A DNA stretch of 64,000 bases from Microcoleus sp. (GCA_052279835.1 CP181291.1:2528001-2592000), one strand, 5' to 3'. Counted from the stretch's first letter, positions 1 through 10,536 are shown. Notes: generated by a model not told the origin, from the letters alone. Translations and numbers: made by a program.

Positions 1-1868
1 TCGTCAATTATCTCGTGTTCCACACCATAGGTTGCACACAACTTAGCAAAGTTGATATCTTGCGGGGTGGCAAAAAACTCTTCAAAGGGTGGCTCGAATT
101 TAGCAACGGGCAACATTTCAAAAATCCCACCGCCCTTGTTATTAATTAAAATAATTGTCAAATGACCGACCAATTTATTTTTAATTAAAAAACCGTTGGT
201 ATCGTGCAAAAGTGCTAAATCTCCTGTTAACATTATACAGCTTTGATTGCGGTGAGCGATTCCCAAAGCTGTTGATAATGTCCCGTCTATGCCATTAGCA
301 CCGCGATTGAAAAAAGGTTGGATTTCTAAGTTATTTGGCTTCCAGAAAAACTCTACATCTCTGACTGGCATACTGTTGGCAATAAATATCGGTGTGCCTG
401 CTGGTAATATTTGGGAAAGCAGCCAGGAAACTTTGGGTTCAATTATGTTTTGAATTGCTGATATTTTTTGGTCTATTGCTTGTCTGACTTGGGTTTCGGT
501 GTTGTGCCAAAGTTGGAGGTATTCGTTTGATTCAGAGGTGAGAACCCCCCCTAACCCCCCCTTGGTAAGGGGGGGGACTTGAGTTGATTGGGTATTGGTA
601 AGGGGGGGGACTTGAGTTGATTGGGTATTGGTAAGGGGGGGGACTTGAGTTGATTGGGTATTGGTAAGGGGGGGGACTTGAGGGGAGACAACTGTTGCGA
701 GATTTTCTGGGGAGATTCGCAGGTGAATGGTTCTGCCGTGTAGGGGATCGAAGTTGTGGTGGCTGGGGTCGATTATATAGCGTTTGGGTTGCGTTTTATC
801 TAACCAGTTTCGCAGTTCTTTACTTGTGGGTAAGTCTCCGATTTGAATGGCTATTTCTGGGGTTAATTTATCTGCTAGTTCGCCGTTTCTCAGGATTAAA
901 TCATAGGTGGAAATGAGATGGGGGTTGAGTTGAGCGTAGTTTCTGAGTGGGGATAGTCCTTCTGCTAAAACAGGCCAGTTTAAGGCTTGGGAAATTTGGG
1001 CGATCGCCCTACAATACTGTTCGGGAAATTGAGGCTGTGCAACTCCCGCAATAATTATCCCTCTGCTGCACTTTTGCCATTGTTTTATAGCACTTCCTAC
1101 TCCCCCTTTTAACAAGGGGTGGCTGGGTTCTATGCCACTTCCTACTCCCCCTTTTAACAAGGGGTGGCTGGGTTCTATTGCACTTCCTCTTCCTACTCCC
1201 CCCCTTAGCAAGGGGGGGCTGGGGGGGGTAGAAATTTCTCCTGCAACAATCGGTTCTAATCCTGCAAAGAAATCCTCCATATCAAATTGTGTTTCTAAAG
1301 CTTCTACAGCTATATCTGGAACGGGTACAAGGGGGTCACGAAAGGGGGTGTTGAGGTGAACGGGGCCTGGAGTTGGAAATTGTGTCCGCTCCCAAGCATA
1401 GGCGATCGTCTGTCGCAAATAGCCTAACATTCCTAGGGACGTGGCAGGCATGGCTAATTCCGCTTGCCAGTTGGGATAGTTGCCGTAGATTTTCACTTGG
1501 TCGATCGCCTGTCCAGCATGGCAATCCCGCAGTTCGGGAGGTCGATCGGCTGTGAATATTAGCAGCGGAATTCGACTTTCTCTGGCTTCTATGATAGCAG
1601 GATAAAAGTTGGCGGCGGCGGTTCCAGATGTGCAAATGAGTGCGACGGGTAAACCAGATTTTTTGGCAATTCCTAATGCAAAAAAGCTGGCTGAACGTTC
1701 GTCGAGTACGGGAATACTTTCTATATTGTTATTTTGGGCAAAGGCGATTGTTAATTGTGCCGATCGCGAACCGGGACAAATGACAGCGGTAGTTAATCCC
1801 AGGCGCTGCAAAGTTTCTGCTAATATTGAAGACCAGAGAGTGTTTGTATTGCGAAAATCTATTGGCAT
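1..1868 (-). CDS. menD: SEPHCHC synthase MenD (3' end runs off the window)
   Basis: Manual minus-strand translation from ATG at 1868: MPIDFRNTNTLWSSILAETLQRLG..VICPGSRSAQL..DERSASFFALG..ICTSGTAAANFYPA..NSMPVRD..NRGANGIDG..LTGDLALLHDTNG. Missing from the ORF track because no stop lies in the window. Confidence 0.93.
   Translation of the reverse strand, partial: MPIDFRNTNTLWSSILAETLQRLGLTTAVICPGSRSAQLTIAFAQNNNIESIPVLDERSASFFALGIAKKSGLPVALICTSGTAAANFYPAIIEARESRIPLLIFTADRPPELRDCHAGQAIDQVKIYGNYPNWQAELAMPATSLGMLGYLRQTIAYAWERTQFPTPGPVHLNTPFRDPLVPVPDIAVEALETQFDMEDFFAGLEPIVAGEISTPPSPPLLRGGVGRGSAIEPSHPLLKGGVGSGIEPSHPLLKGGVGSAIKQWQKCSRGIIIAGVAQPQFPEQYCRAIAQISQALNWPVLAEGLSPLRNYAQLNPHLISTYDLILRNGELADKLTPEIAIQIGDLPTSKELRNWLDKTQPKRYIIDPSHHNFDPLHGRTIHLRISPENLATVVSPQVPPLTNTQSTQVPPLTNTQSTQVPPLTNTQSTQVPPLTKGGLGGVLTSESNEYLQLWHNTETQVRQAIDQKISAIQNIIEPKVSWLLSQILPAGTPIFIANSMPVRDVEFFWKPNNLEIQPFFNRGANGIDGTLSTALGIAHRNQSCIMLTGDLALLHDTNGFLIKNKLVGHLTIILINNKGGGIFEMLPVAKFEPPFEEFFATPQDINFAKLCATYGVEHEIID
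545..680. repeat. GC palindrome plus 33-bp tandem repeats, in frame inside menD
   Basis: CCCCCCCTTGGTAAGGGGGGG followed by repeats of TTGGTAAGGGGGGGGACTTGAGTTGATTGGGTA; encodes (QVPPLTNTQST)n KGGLGG. Confidence 0.9.
1091..1229. repeat. GC palindrome-derived 45-bp repeat, in frame inside menD
   Basis: CACTTCCTACTCCCCCTTTTAACAAGGGGTGGCTGGGTTCTAT twice, then CCCCCCCTTAGCAAGGGGGGG. Confidence 0.85.
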
Positions 1869-1963
1869 TGCTAAATTTGAGTAGCTCAAGTCTGTATTGT
1901 GCTCAGATATTATACCCAAATAATTATCAGAATACATTTTTATGATTCTTGACGCGGTTATGC

Positions 1964-2133
1964 TTATATGGTTGCATCGGAATGATTTAACCGCAGAGAA
2001 CACAGAGGACACAGAGGGAGAAAATAGAGATTTTAATAATTCAGATGCTACCGACGCGTTCTACCCTACGGGAACGGCGAAGCCGTTCGCGCCTTCGCGG
2101 TTAAATCACCTGACGGTACAACCGGAATTGAGA
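1964..2133. mobile_element. MITE-like dispersed repeat, family A (ATATCAAATCCG...CCGGAATTGATAT), composite copy
   Basis: 1987-2053 resembles the reverse complement of 59163-59230; the 3' end resembles 8385-8429. Confidence 0.65.
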
Positions 2134-3567
2134 TTAAACCAAAGCATTTAAAAGCGGTTGTAATTTGAGCTGAATTTCTGCTAGTTCTTTTTCCGGTTCC
2201 GAACCGGCCACAATACCGGCACCAGCATAGAGTATAGCCCGATCGCCGTCGATTAATGCCGATCGAATGCCGACTGCGAATTCGCCATTACCACGGGCAT
2301 CTATCCAGCCTATGGGTGCGGCGTACAAAGAGCGATCGCAGGTTTCGCAGCGACGAATTTGTTCTAGGGCTATATCTCTCGGTACACCGGCTACCGCTGG
2401 GGTTGGATGCAGTTGGGCTAAAATATTTAATAAATGAATATCAGGCGGAATTTGAGCGGTGATGGGTGTCCACAAATGCTGAATGTTTGATAGCTGTAGC
2501 AGTCTTGGTACTGGGGAACAATTGGGACTTATGCCAAGTTGCGACAGGCGATCGACTATAAAATCAATCACCACTCGATGTTCTCTAATATCTTTTTCAC
2601 TATGCAATAAACCTTTGGCTAAATTCCCATCTTCTGCTTCTGTTTTTCCCCTGGGCGCTGAACCAGCTAAAGCATCTGTTGATAACTGATTATTGTGAAT
2701 GCTAATTAAGCGTTCTGGACTGGCTCCAATAAAATTTTGACCTTGACCGTTACTGGTTAAAAATACATAGCAACCTGGATAACTGAGGCGTAAGTTATTC
2801 AAGGAATCGATCGCACTAAAACTGGTTTCCGAAATCACATTGATGGCTTGGGATAAAACAATTTTGCTAAAATATTTAGACTCGATCAATTCTAACGCAG
2901 ATTTAACAGATGTTTTAAATTGATTAGCATCATTCACTGGTATTTGTTTGAAAGCTATGGAGTTATGGATATAATTAGTTAATTTACGGTAGGGGCGAGA
3001 TGCAATTTTTTCAAAAGTTTGCCAAATGTTTTCCGCTATTTTTTTTACATTTATCTCTTTTTCTACCAGGGCATTGGCGACGATAATACAGCTATCTTGT
3101 TGTCTAGAAATCTGCCATTTTGGTAAAAATATGGTAGCGGGTGGAAAGTAAGAATTAGAGGCAAGGTTCTCATCAAAAAAAGCAAAACTGCAAAAAAAGT
3201 GAGGCCCGCTGAAGGGCAAGCGTTCTGTACCAATGGTAATTGTACTGGCAAGTGTTGAACGAATAAAGTTTTGCGCCGCAGCAAATCGATCGCTTCCTGC
3301 TACTGTGAGATGGATGGCCGAATCTAGGGCGGCAATAGCAAAACTTTTGTCGGGAAGGGAGTTTCTTTTTTCAAAGTAAAACTGCCGCTGACAAGGTTCG
3401 GAAATCTCTTGCAGTACAGCTAGCGGATCGAGATGGTAAATCTCCTGAGAAATACTAACTATTTTGGTTTGATATTTGTCAGTTAAAGACTGCTGACAAT
3501 CTAACAGCAACTGATGCAGTTGATTGCGGTCTTGCAAAAGATTAGCGCGGTGCGGTATTACTGTCAT
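2134..3567 (-). CDS. menF: Isochorismate synthase
   Basis: FIGASPERL, ALAGSAPRG, LHPTPAVAG and YAGAGIVAGS motifs; men cluster; likely start MTVIP (upstream ATG at 3618 possible). Confidence 0.93.
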   Translation of the reverse strand: MTVIPHRANLLQDRNQLHQLLLDCQQSLTDKYQTKIVSISQEIYHLDPLAVLQEISEPCQRQFYFEKRNSLPDKSFAIAALDSAIHLTVAGSDRFAAAQNFIRSTLASTITIGTERLPFSGPHFFCSFAFFDENLASNSYFPPATIFLPKWQISRQQDSCIIVANALVEKEINVKKIAENIWQTFEKIASRPYRKLTNYIHNSIAFKQIPVNDANQFKTSVKSALELIESKYFSKIVLSQAINVISETSFSAIDSLNNLRLSYPGCYVFLTSNGQGQNFIGASPERLISIHNNQLSTDALAGSAPRGKTEAEDGNLAKGLLHSEKDIREHRVVIDFIVDRLSQLGISPNCSPVPRLLQLSNIQHLWTPITAQIPPDIHLLNILAQLHPTPAVAGVPRDIALEQIRRCETCDRSLYAAPIGWIDARGNGEFAVGIRSALIDGDRAILYAGAGIVAGSEPEKELAEIQLKLQPLLNALV

Positions 3568-3949
3568 GAAATCGAGAATAACAGATTTGTCAGCAAGAGT
3601 GCGGGTTTGTCCCGCCATAACCCCTAATTCGATCTAAGCACGGGAGGGCGATCGCCAAACATCACCTTTCTAGTTTCCCTCCCGGTTTCGACTCCCTAGG
3701 GCAAAAAAACAGACTCTGGGGCGATCTATCGAAACATTTAGACACAAAACTTTATAGATCGATCGCCTAACAGTCGCCAAAAGTCGATCGCCCCACAGAG
3801 GTTTACAGACGGGATACTTCCACTGTTTGAGTACCCCCACAGCCTCTGAATGGATGTCTGCACGCACTCAACCGGATACAGATTACACCTACTTAACCAA
3901 TAAAATTGTAAAATTACTAAACTGCTATCAATTGAATCAAGTTTGTATA

Positions 3950-4846
3950 ATGACAACAAAGTTAATTGAACGTCCAAATAGTAAACTGTGGCTAGCGGCA
4001 ATTAAGCCACCCATGTACAGCGTTGCCGTGATTCCTATTTCCGTAGGAACTGCAATTGCTTTTGCAGAAACTCAAAGGATTAATTGGTCAATATTTTCGA
4101 CTTTTTTAATGTCAGCCATCTTAATTATAGCATGGCTGAATCTCACTAATGATGTATTTGACTCGGAAACCGGAATCGACAAAAACAAAGCACATTCCCT
4201 CGTTAACTTAACCGGAAATAAAGCTTTGATTTTCTGGTTGGCCAATCTGTTTTTAGCTTTGGGAGTGTCTGGAATCTGTGCTATTTCTTGGTGGCAACAA
4301 GACCCAACAGTGATTTTACTCGTAATTTTGTGTTGCGCCCTTGGCTACACTTATCAAGGGCCTCCTTTTCGTTTGGGCTATCAGGGTTTAGGAGAATTTA
4401 TCTGCTTTTTCACCTTCGGTCCCCTAGCTTTAGCTGCTGCTTATTACAGTCAAACTCAAAGTTGGTCAGCCACCAATTTTGGCGCTTCAGTAATCGTGGG
4501 AATTACTACGAGTATTATCTTATTTTGTTCTCACTTTCATCAAGTGGCGGATGATTTGGCTGCGGGCAAAAAATCGCCAATAGTTCGACTCGGTACAAAA
4601 AAAGGTGCCCAGGTGTTGCAGTGGTTTTGCGGGAGCATTTATGCTTTGACTGTGCTGTTTGTGCTGTTGCGAATTTTCCCAATTTGGACGCTGTTGATTT
4701 TTGGGAGTTTGTTTTTTGCGATCGACCTTTGCCGCCATGTCACAGACAATCACGATCGGCCAGCAAAAGTCAGCAACTGCAAGTTTATTGCTGTCACCCT
4801 GCATTTTGTCAGCGGTTTACTGCTGGCGTTGGGGTTTGTTTTGTAA
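3950..4846 (+). CDS. menA: DHNA phytyltransferase
   Basis: LWLAAIKPPMY, NDVFDSETGIDKNK, YTYQGPPFRLGY; UbiA-type membrane protein. Confidence 0.93.
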   Translation: MTTKLIERPNSKLWLAAIKPPMYSVAVIPISVGTAIAFAETQRINWSIFSTFLMSAILIIAWLNLTNDVFDSETGIDKNKAHSLVNLTGNKALIFWLANLFLALGVSGICAISWWQQDPTVILLVILCCALGYTYQGPPFRLGYQGLGEFICFFTFGPLALAAAYYSQTQSWSATNFGASVIVGITTSIILFCSHFHQVADDLAAGKKSPIVRLGTKKGAQVLQWFCGSIYALTVLFVLLRIFPIWTLLIFGSLFFAIDLCRHVTDNHDRPAKVSNCKFIAVTLHFVSGLLLALGFVL

Positions 4847-4882
4847 ATCGGGCGATCGCCAATTGAAGTAAAATAGAAATCT

Positions 4883-4953
4883 GGTTCGTAGTCAGGGCTT
4901 TAGTCATTTTTGCCAAATTTTAGTCAATCATGACTAAAGTCCTGACTACCAAC
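4883..4953. repeat. REP-like inverted repeat (GTAGTCAGGGCTTTAGTC...GACTAAAGTCCTGACTAC)
   Basis: Imperfect inverted repeat; related copy at 8458-8520. Confidence 0.7.
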
Positions 4954-4976
4954 AGAATTACTTCTATTAATCACAA

Positions 4977-5777
4977 ATGAAACACCTGAAAAAATATAAT
5001 TTTAACTATTCCTTAACGGGAAAACCCACACAGCAAATAATTTTATTACTCCACGGATTTACTGGTGATTTGCAAGATTTTACCCCCATCATTGCCTTAC
5101 TTTCTCCAAGTTATTACTGTCTAGCAGTTGACCTTCCCGGTCACGGAAAAACCAGCATCAGGGGCGAAGAAACTTGCTATAATATGTCAAATACAGCGCT
5201 AGCATTAATACACCTATTAGATGACTTACAAATACACAAATGTTTGTTATTAGGCTATTCAATGGGCGGGCGATTGGCGCTTTATATGACCTTACATTTT
5301 CCTGACAGATTCGAGAAAGTAGTGCTGGAGTCAGCTTCGCCGGGATTGAAGACCCAAAAAGAGCGATCGCACCGCCTAGAATCGGATTTGGAGATAGCAC
5401 AAAAACTGGAAAATAGCAACCTTAAAGAATTTTTAGACTACTGGTACGATCGCCCTTTGTTCCAATCCTTAAAAAAATCTCCTAATTTCGAGCAACTCAT
5501 CGAAACCCGTTTAGCAAATAACCCCATAGAATTAGCCAAATCCCTCCGCAACATGGGAACCGGCAACCAGCCCTCTCTCTGGGAAAAACTAGCACAAAAT
5601 CAAATTCCTCTCCTCTTGCTCGCGGGAGAATACGATGATAAATTTCAAAGGATTAATGCAGAAATTGCCAGTTTATGTCCCGCAGCCCATAACAAAATTG
5701 TATCCAAAGCTGGTCACAACATCCATTTTGAAAATATCGATGAATTTGTCGGCGCTGTGAGACAATTTTATGATTGA
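4977..5777 (+). CDS. menH: SHCHC synthase (alpha/beta hydrolase)
   Basis: LLHGFTG, GYSMGGR, ESASPGL, GHNIHFE; men cluster. Confidence 0.9.
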   Translation: MKHLKKYNFNYSLTGKPTQQIILLLHGFTGDLQDFTPIIALLSPSYYCLAVDLPGHGKTSIRGEETCYNMSNTALALIHLLDDLQIHKCLLLGYSMGGRLALYMTLHFPDRFEKVVLESASPGLKTQKERSHRLESDLEIAQKLENSNLKEFLDYWYDRPLFQSLKKSPNFEQLIETRLANNPIELAKSLRNMGTGNQPSLWEKLAQNQIPLLLLAGEYDDKFQRINAEIASLCPAAHNKIVSKAGHNIHFENIDEFVGAVRQFYD

Positions 5778-5853
5778 CAAAACTTACGCTAAACCTCTGT
5801 GTAATTCTGAGTGAAGCGCGCAATCTCAGTGCTAATTATTCCCTATTCAGTAA

Positions 5854-6837
5854 ATGTTATATCAATTTCAATTTCAGACTTATCATCGAAAATTTAAGCG
5901 TCCATTACAAACAAGTCACGGTGTTTGGGATATTCGAGCGGGAATTATCCTGAAACTTACGGACGAAAAAGGTCAAATTGGTTGGGGAGAAATTGCCCCT
6001 TTGAGCTGGTTTGGTTCCGAAACTTTTGACCAAGCTTTAGATTTTTGCACATCGTTACCAACTAATATTTCAAAAGAAACTATTTTCGCTATTTCCAGTG
6101 AATTGCCTGCTTGTCAATTTGGCTTTGAGTCAGCACTATCTAACTCGTGTTCAGGCTCTGCATCCATTCTACACGAGGCAGAAAATAGTCGGTACAGTGG
6201 TTTATTGCCCGCTGGAAAAACAGCTTTATCAGCTTTACCAACGCTTTGGGAACAGGGATTTAGGACGTTTAAATGGAAAATAGGTGTGGCTGCAATTGAC
6301 GAAGAATTACAGGTTTTTCAGCAGCTAATCGAGGTAATGGATGATTTGGGCGATCGCAATCCAGCATTTTTACGATTAGATGCCAACGGTGGACTCAATT
6401 ACTCCCAAGCTGAAACCTGGCTAAACACTGGCGACAATCTGTTAAAAAATCCAGACTTATCCGTAAAAATTGAATTTTTAGAACAGCCATTACCTGTATC
6501 GCAATTTGATAAAATGCTAGCATTGAGTGCTGTTTACAAAACTCCGATCGCCCTAGACGAATCAGTAGCCAATCTCGATCGCATCCAAGAATGCTACGAG
6601 GGAGGCTGGAGGGGAATCTTCGTCATCAAACCAGCCATCCTCGGTTCCCCCTCCCAACTGCGGAAATTTTGTGAAATCCACCCTATAGACGCTGTTTTTT
6701 CCTCCGTATTTGAAACCCAGATAGGCAGACAAGCAGCATTAAATTTAGCTCTAGAATTGTTTCCCAATTCTAGAGCATTAGGCTTCGGCACCGATGACTG
6801 GTTCGACGACAAATATCATTCAATCTTAGATTTTTAA
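5854..6837 (+). CDS. menC: o-succinylbenzoate synthase
   Basis: GEIAPL, FKWKIG, LRLDANG, EFLEQP, IALDES. Confidence 0.92.
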   Translation: MLYQFQFQTYHRKFKRPLQTSHGVWDIRAGIILKLTDEKGQIGWGEIAPLSWFGSETFDQALDFCTSLPTNISKETIFAISSELPACQFGFESALSNSCSGSASILHEAENSRYSGLLPAGKTALSALPTLWEQGFRTFKWKIGVAAIDEELQVFQQLIEVMDDLGDRNPAFLRLDANGGLNYSQAETWLNTGDNLLKNPDLSVKIEFLEQPLPVSQFDKMLALSAVYKTPIALDESVANLDRIQECYEGGWRGIFVIKPAILGSPSQLRKFCEIHPIDAVFSSVFETQIGRQAALNLALELFPNSRALGFGTDDWFDDKYHSILDF

Positions 6838-6881
6838 TTTGACCTGACTACTGAAAAATCAGAAAATTCCTGAAAGCATCT

Positions 6882-8312
6882 ATGGGAACAAATGTAACAG
6901 CAAATATTCTGGATATCGCATCCAGATTGCCTGAAAATTGGCTGATTGGTGGTGAGAGTCGCCAAATTAGTCAAATAGTCGATCGCCTATTTCCACAACT
7001 AACCCACAATCAACCACAGCAAACACCAAAAACAATTTTCCTAGCCGAATCAGAACCAGTACAATTTATTGCCAGTTTCATCGCCGCTTGTGCCAGCAAA
7101 TCCCACATTTTTCTGTGCAATCCCAACTGGGGAAAATCCGAATGGCAACAAGTTTTTGATTTAGTCAAACCAGACATAATTATTGGGGAAAATGCACCGC
7201 CAAACCTCACTGAAAACGGCTTCGTCACATCTCCCCTCGAAAAACAGAAAAACCCTTACCAACTACCAATTACCAACTACCAATTACCATTAATTATGAT
7301 TCCCACCGGCGGTTCATCGGGAAAAATCCGTTTTGCCATCCACACTTGGGAAACACTAACCGCATCAGTTCAAGGTTTCCAAGAATATTTTCAACTCGAT
7401 CGAATTAACTCATTCTGCGTTTTGCCCTTATATCACGTCAGCGGTTTAATGCAATTCATGCGTTGCTTTAGTACGGGAGGAAAACTAGCCATCCAGGTAT
7501 TTAAAGGACTAGAATCAGGCGAGAAATGCGATATCAAACCCGAAGAATTTTTCATTTCCCTAGTTCCAACTCAACTGCAACGCCTGCTGCAAAACCCAGA
7601 TACAACTAATTGGCTTCGACGATTTCCTACCGTACTTTTGGGCGGTGCTCCCGCTTGGCCAGAACTTTTGGCAGCCGCTAGAAAATATGAAATTAAATTA
7701 GCCCTAACCTATGGCATGACAGAAACAGCTTCGCAAATTGCCACACTCAAACCAGAAGATTTCCTAGCGGGTAATAACAGTTCTGGTCATATTTTGCCCC
7801 ACGCTCAAATAACAGTTCGTAGTGTTAAAGGCGAGATTTTGGGTGACAATCAAGTCGGAAATATTACAGTAAATGCTAAGTCTTTAGCCTTGGGTTATTA
7901 TCCTACTACCTGGGGCGGTAGCGACTATTTTTCAGTAGATGATTTGGGATTTTTTGATAATAATAAATACTTAAACATTGTGGGACGCAACAGTGATAAA
8001 ATTATTACAGGCGGAGAAAACGTATTTCCTGCCGAAGTAGAAGCCGCCATTAGGACGACTAATTTAGTTGCCGACGTGGCAGTCATTGGTGTGCTAGACA
8101 AACATTGGGGTCAAGTAGTAACGGCGATTTATGTTCCCACAAATACCACAGTTACTGTCACAGCTTTGCAAAGTGCAATAGAAGGTAAATTGAGCAAGTT
8201 TAAGCGCCCTAAATATTGGGTTTTGGCGGCACAATTACCGCGAAATTCCCAAGGAAAAATCAATCGCGAATTATTACAAGAAATGGCGATCGTGTCATAT
8301 AAAATCCGTTAG
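6882..8312 (+). CDS. menE: o-succinylbenzoate-CoA ligase
   Basis: PTGGSSGKIRFAIH, LPLYHVSGL, TYGMTETASQ, IITGGENVFP. Confidence 0.92.
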   Translation: MGTNVTANILDIASRLPENWLIGGESRQISQIVDRLFPQLTHNQPQQTPKTIFLAESEPVQFIASFIAACASKSHIFLCNPNWGKSEWQQVFDLVKPDIIIGENAPPNLTENGFVTSPLEKQKNPYQLPITNYQLPLIMIPTGGSSGKIRFAIHTWETLTASVQGFQEYFQLDRINSFCVLPLYHVSGLMQFMRCFSTGGKLAIQVFKGLESGEKCDIKPEEFFISLVPTQLQRLLQNPDTTNWLRRFPTVLLGGAPAWPELLAAARKYEIKLALTYGMTETASQIATLKPEDFLAGNNSSGHILPHAQITVRSVKGEILGDNQVGNITVNAKSLALGYYPTTWGGSDYFSVDDLGFFDNNKYLNIVGRNSDKIITGGENVFPAEVEAAIRTTNLVADVAVIGVLDKHWGQVVTAIYVPTNTTVTVTALQSAIEGKLSKFKRPKYWVLAAQLPRNSQGKINRELLQEMAIVSYKIR

Positions 8313-8429
8313 CATCGTCCTGTATTAAACTCTCTCTTATCTTCCTCTTTCCCCCCTTGGGGGGGGCAGGGGGGGGTCGTCCTTAGCGCCTTCGCGGTTA
8401 AATCATTCCGATACAACCGGAATTGATAT
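8297..8429. mobile_element. MITE-like family A copy overlapping the menE stop
   Basis: Imperfect terminal IR ATATAAAATCCG...CCGGAATTGATAT with a nested CCCCCCTTGGGGGG palindrome. Confidence 0.7.
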
Positions 8430-8457
8430 CATCTCCTGTTAGTCGGTAATAGAAAAT

Positions 8458-8520
8458 GGTTTGTAGTGACGATTAAAGTCCTCAAAATTTGAACGAGACT
8501 AAAGTCATGACTACAAACCT
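8458..8520. repeat. REP-like inverted repeat
   Basis: GGTTTGTAGT...ACTACAAACC; related to 4883-4953. Confidence 0.65.
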
Positions 8521-8536
8521 ATTGAATTCCCAATTA

Positions 8537-9511
8537 CTACAAACTTAATAGCTGTCGCTTCCTTTCCAATTCTTGATTTTGAGCATCCACAAACTTCAAC
8601 ATTCGGTAAAGCACCTCTATTTGTGGCAACTTAATTCCTCTTTCCTCCGCTACTCGTATCGGATTGCCAAAAATCGCTTCAACTTCGAGGGGGCGCAATT
8701 CATCGTAATCGATTTTCATGCTGGTGCGGTAAGGTTTCATTTTGTGAGTGTAGTCGAGCATATGTGGAATAAAATTATCGGGAATAATGCGATCGTAACT
8801 TTTCGCCCCCGCTACTACTTCCCTCATGATTTCTTCAATTAAAATCAAAGTATCGGGATTAGCCATCAGTTCGTCTGTTCTGGCATTCAATACTACAGAC
8901 AGTCCATTATAAGGAATATTCCAAACCAGTTTTTTCCACCTCGATAAAAGTAAATCTTCGCTCACTTTAATCGGAACCTTTGCGTGTTTAAAATCGTTCG
9001 CTATCAGATTCAATCTATTAGTTATTTTTTGGGGATTATAGTCTTGGGAATATTCCCCCAGGGTGATAGTCCCGTAATCGAGATGGCAGATGTGACCGGG
9101 CCCAATTTTATAAGAACACAAAAAACACAGCCCGCCAATCACTCGTTCTGCACCGACTATTTTAGCTACTTCTGGTTCGATATCCAGTCCATTTTGCAAT
9201 ACTAAAACCACGCCATTATCTTTTAATAAACCAGGTAAAATTTTTGGCAATAAGTGATTTTGAGTGGTTTTTAGGGCTACAATTACGACATCGCATTTAG
9301 GCATTTTGTGCGCGTCGTGGTAGGCGCGGACTTGGGAGAGGGTGAAATCACCTTCGGGAGACTCGACAATCAAACCGTGTTTTTTGACGCGCTCGTAATC
9401 GCTGCGTAGCAAAAAATTAACTTCAAAACCGGCTTTTTGCAGTTTAGCACCATAGAATCCGCCTAAAGCTCCGGTGCCGACGATGGCATAATTGCGATTG
9501 CGATTTGGCAT
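8537..9511 (-). CDS. panE: 2-dehydropantoate 2-reductase (PanE/ApbA family)
   Basis: YAIVGTGALGGFYG, LQNGL, WKKLVWNIPYNG, TSMKID; start could be slightly upstream (up to 9523). Confidence 0.85.
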   Translation of the reverse strand: MPNRNRNYAIVGTGALGGFYGAKLQKAGFEVNFLLRSDYERVKKHGLIVESPEGDFTLSQVRAYHDAHKMPKCDVVIVALKTTQNHLLPKILPGLLKDNGVVLVLQNGLDIEPEVAKIVGAERVIGGLCFLCSYKIGPGHICHLDYGTITLGEYSQDYNPQKITNRLNLIANDFKHAKVPIKVSEDLLLSRWKKLVWNIPYNGLSVVLNARTDELMANPDTLILIEEIMREVVAGAKSYDRIIPDNFIPHMLDYTHKMKPYRTSMKIDYDELRPLEVEAIFGNPIRVAEERGIKLPQIEVLYRMLKFVDAQNQELERKRQLLSL

Positions 9512-9551
9512 ATTAATCATCAAGAAATAAACAGTAGAAGCAATCTAAACT

Positions 9552-9959
9552 CTAAAATTGGCTGAGCCACTGCATCAATTGTTCCGATAGCTGTGTTCTA
9601 GTTCGGTTAACTGAATCAATGCAGACGTGCTTAGTAACAGCCTTAGCTGCGGATTTCCCTGTAATTTCTCCCAAAAAAACTTGATAAGCAATTTCAAATT
9701 CATCGCCTGCAAGCTGTTTTGGTGTCAATTGAATAGTTAGGCGATCGCCCGCAAACATCGGGCGGTAAAAATCTACATTAGCATGAATTATCGGCATGGC
9801 TAGCTCGGCATTACTAAAAAATGCTTTGAGATTGATTCCCGATGCGGCCAGAGATTCTTCGTAAGCTTCATGGCACATCGCCAAGACGTTAGTAAAGTAT
9901 ACAACTCCAGCAGCATCGGTATCCTGAAAGCGGACAGTGCGGCTATAAGTAAAAGACAT
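9552..9959 (-). CDS. DHNA-CoA thioesterase (hotdog fold)
   Basis: RTVRFQDTDAAGVVYF, CHEAYE; next to the men cluster. Confidence 0.82.
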   Translation of the reverse strand: MSFTYSRTVRFQDTDAAGVVYFTNVLAMCHEAYEESLAASGINLKAFFSNAELAMPIIHANVDFYRPMFAGDRLTIQLTPKQLAGDEFEIAYQVFLGEITGKSAAKAVTKHVCIDSVNRTRTQLSEQLMQWLSQF

Positions 9960-10055
9960 TTGCAGTAGGTTTGAGTTTTGAGGTTTGAGTTTTGAGTTAA
10001 AAATTTGGTGTTTATTTAATTCAAAACTCATTAATTTTGTCCTGAGATTGATTTT

Positions 10056-10502
10056 TTAACCTTTGTTTTTAATCAACATCACGTCGATAATTTTGAGGGC
10101 AATTTCTTCGGAAAGTCCCAAGGCAATGTACAGATCGTTCAAAAGCTGTTCTTCTTCTTCGGAAACTTCACCATCTGCTAAAGCGATATCAGTTGTGACC
10201 GCAAAAACTGTTTCTTTGAGTTCGTCGGGAAGTGTGGCTAAAGCCGCATTAAATAATACCTGAACTCCTTGTCTTTGCAGCAGCATCAGTAGTCGATCGA
10301 GCATTTTTTTCATGACATCATTCGGATAGCTTCTAAACAGTTGCATCCGAGATAAAGTGATGCTTAAAACTTGACTTTCGTTGTCATTAATGTAACCATC
10401 GGCTGCTACGGCAATTAGGGCGATCGCTGCAAATGCTTCGGCAGGCCCCAAAGTGACTTCACTATGTTGGCGAGTCTGCGCTATTTTATCAAATAAACCC
10501 AT
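10056..10502 (-). CDS. TerB-family protein
   Basis: AVAADG and DIALADGEVSEEE motifs. Confidence 0.8.
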   Translation of the reverse strand: MGLFDKIAQTRQHSEVTLGPAEAFAAIALIAVAADGYINDNESQVLSITLSRMQLFRSYPNDVMKKMLDRLLMLLQRQGVQVLFNAALATLPDELKETVFAVTTDIALADGEVSEEEEQLLNDLYIALGLSEEIALKIIDVMLIKNKG

Positions 10503-10536
10503 GGTAATTTCCTCATTCTTTAGTGTTTGAATTGTA

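Noticed and set aside
695..1884. Short plus-strand ORFs in the first 1.9 kb
   Set aside because: They overlap menD on the minus strand
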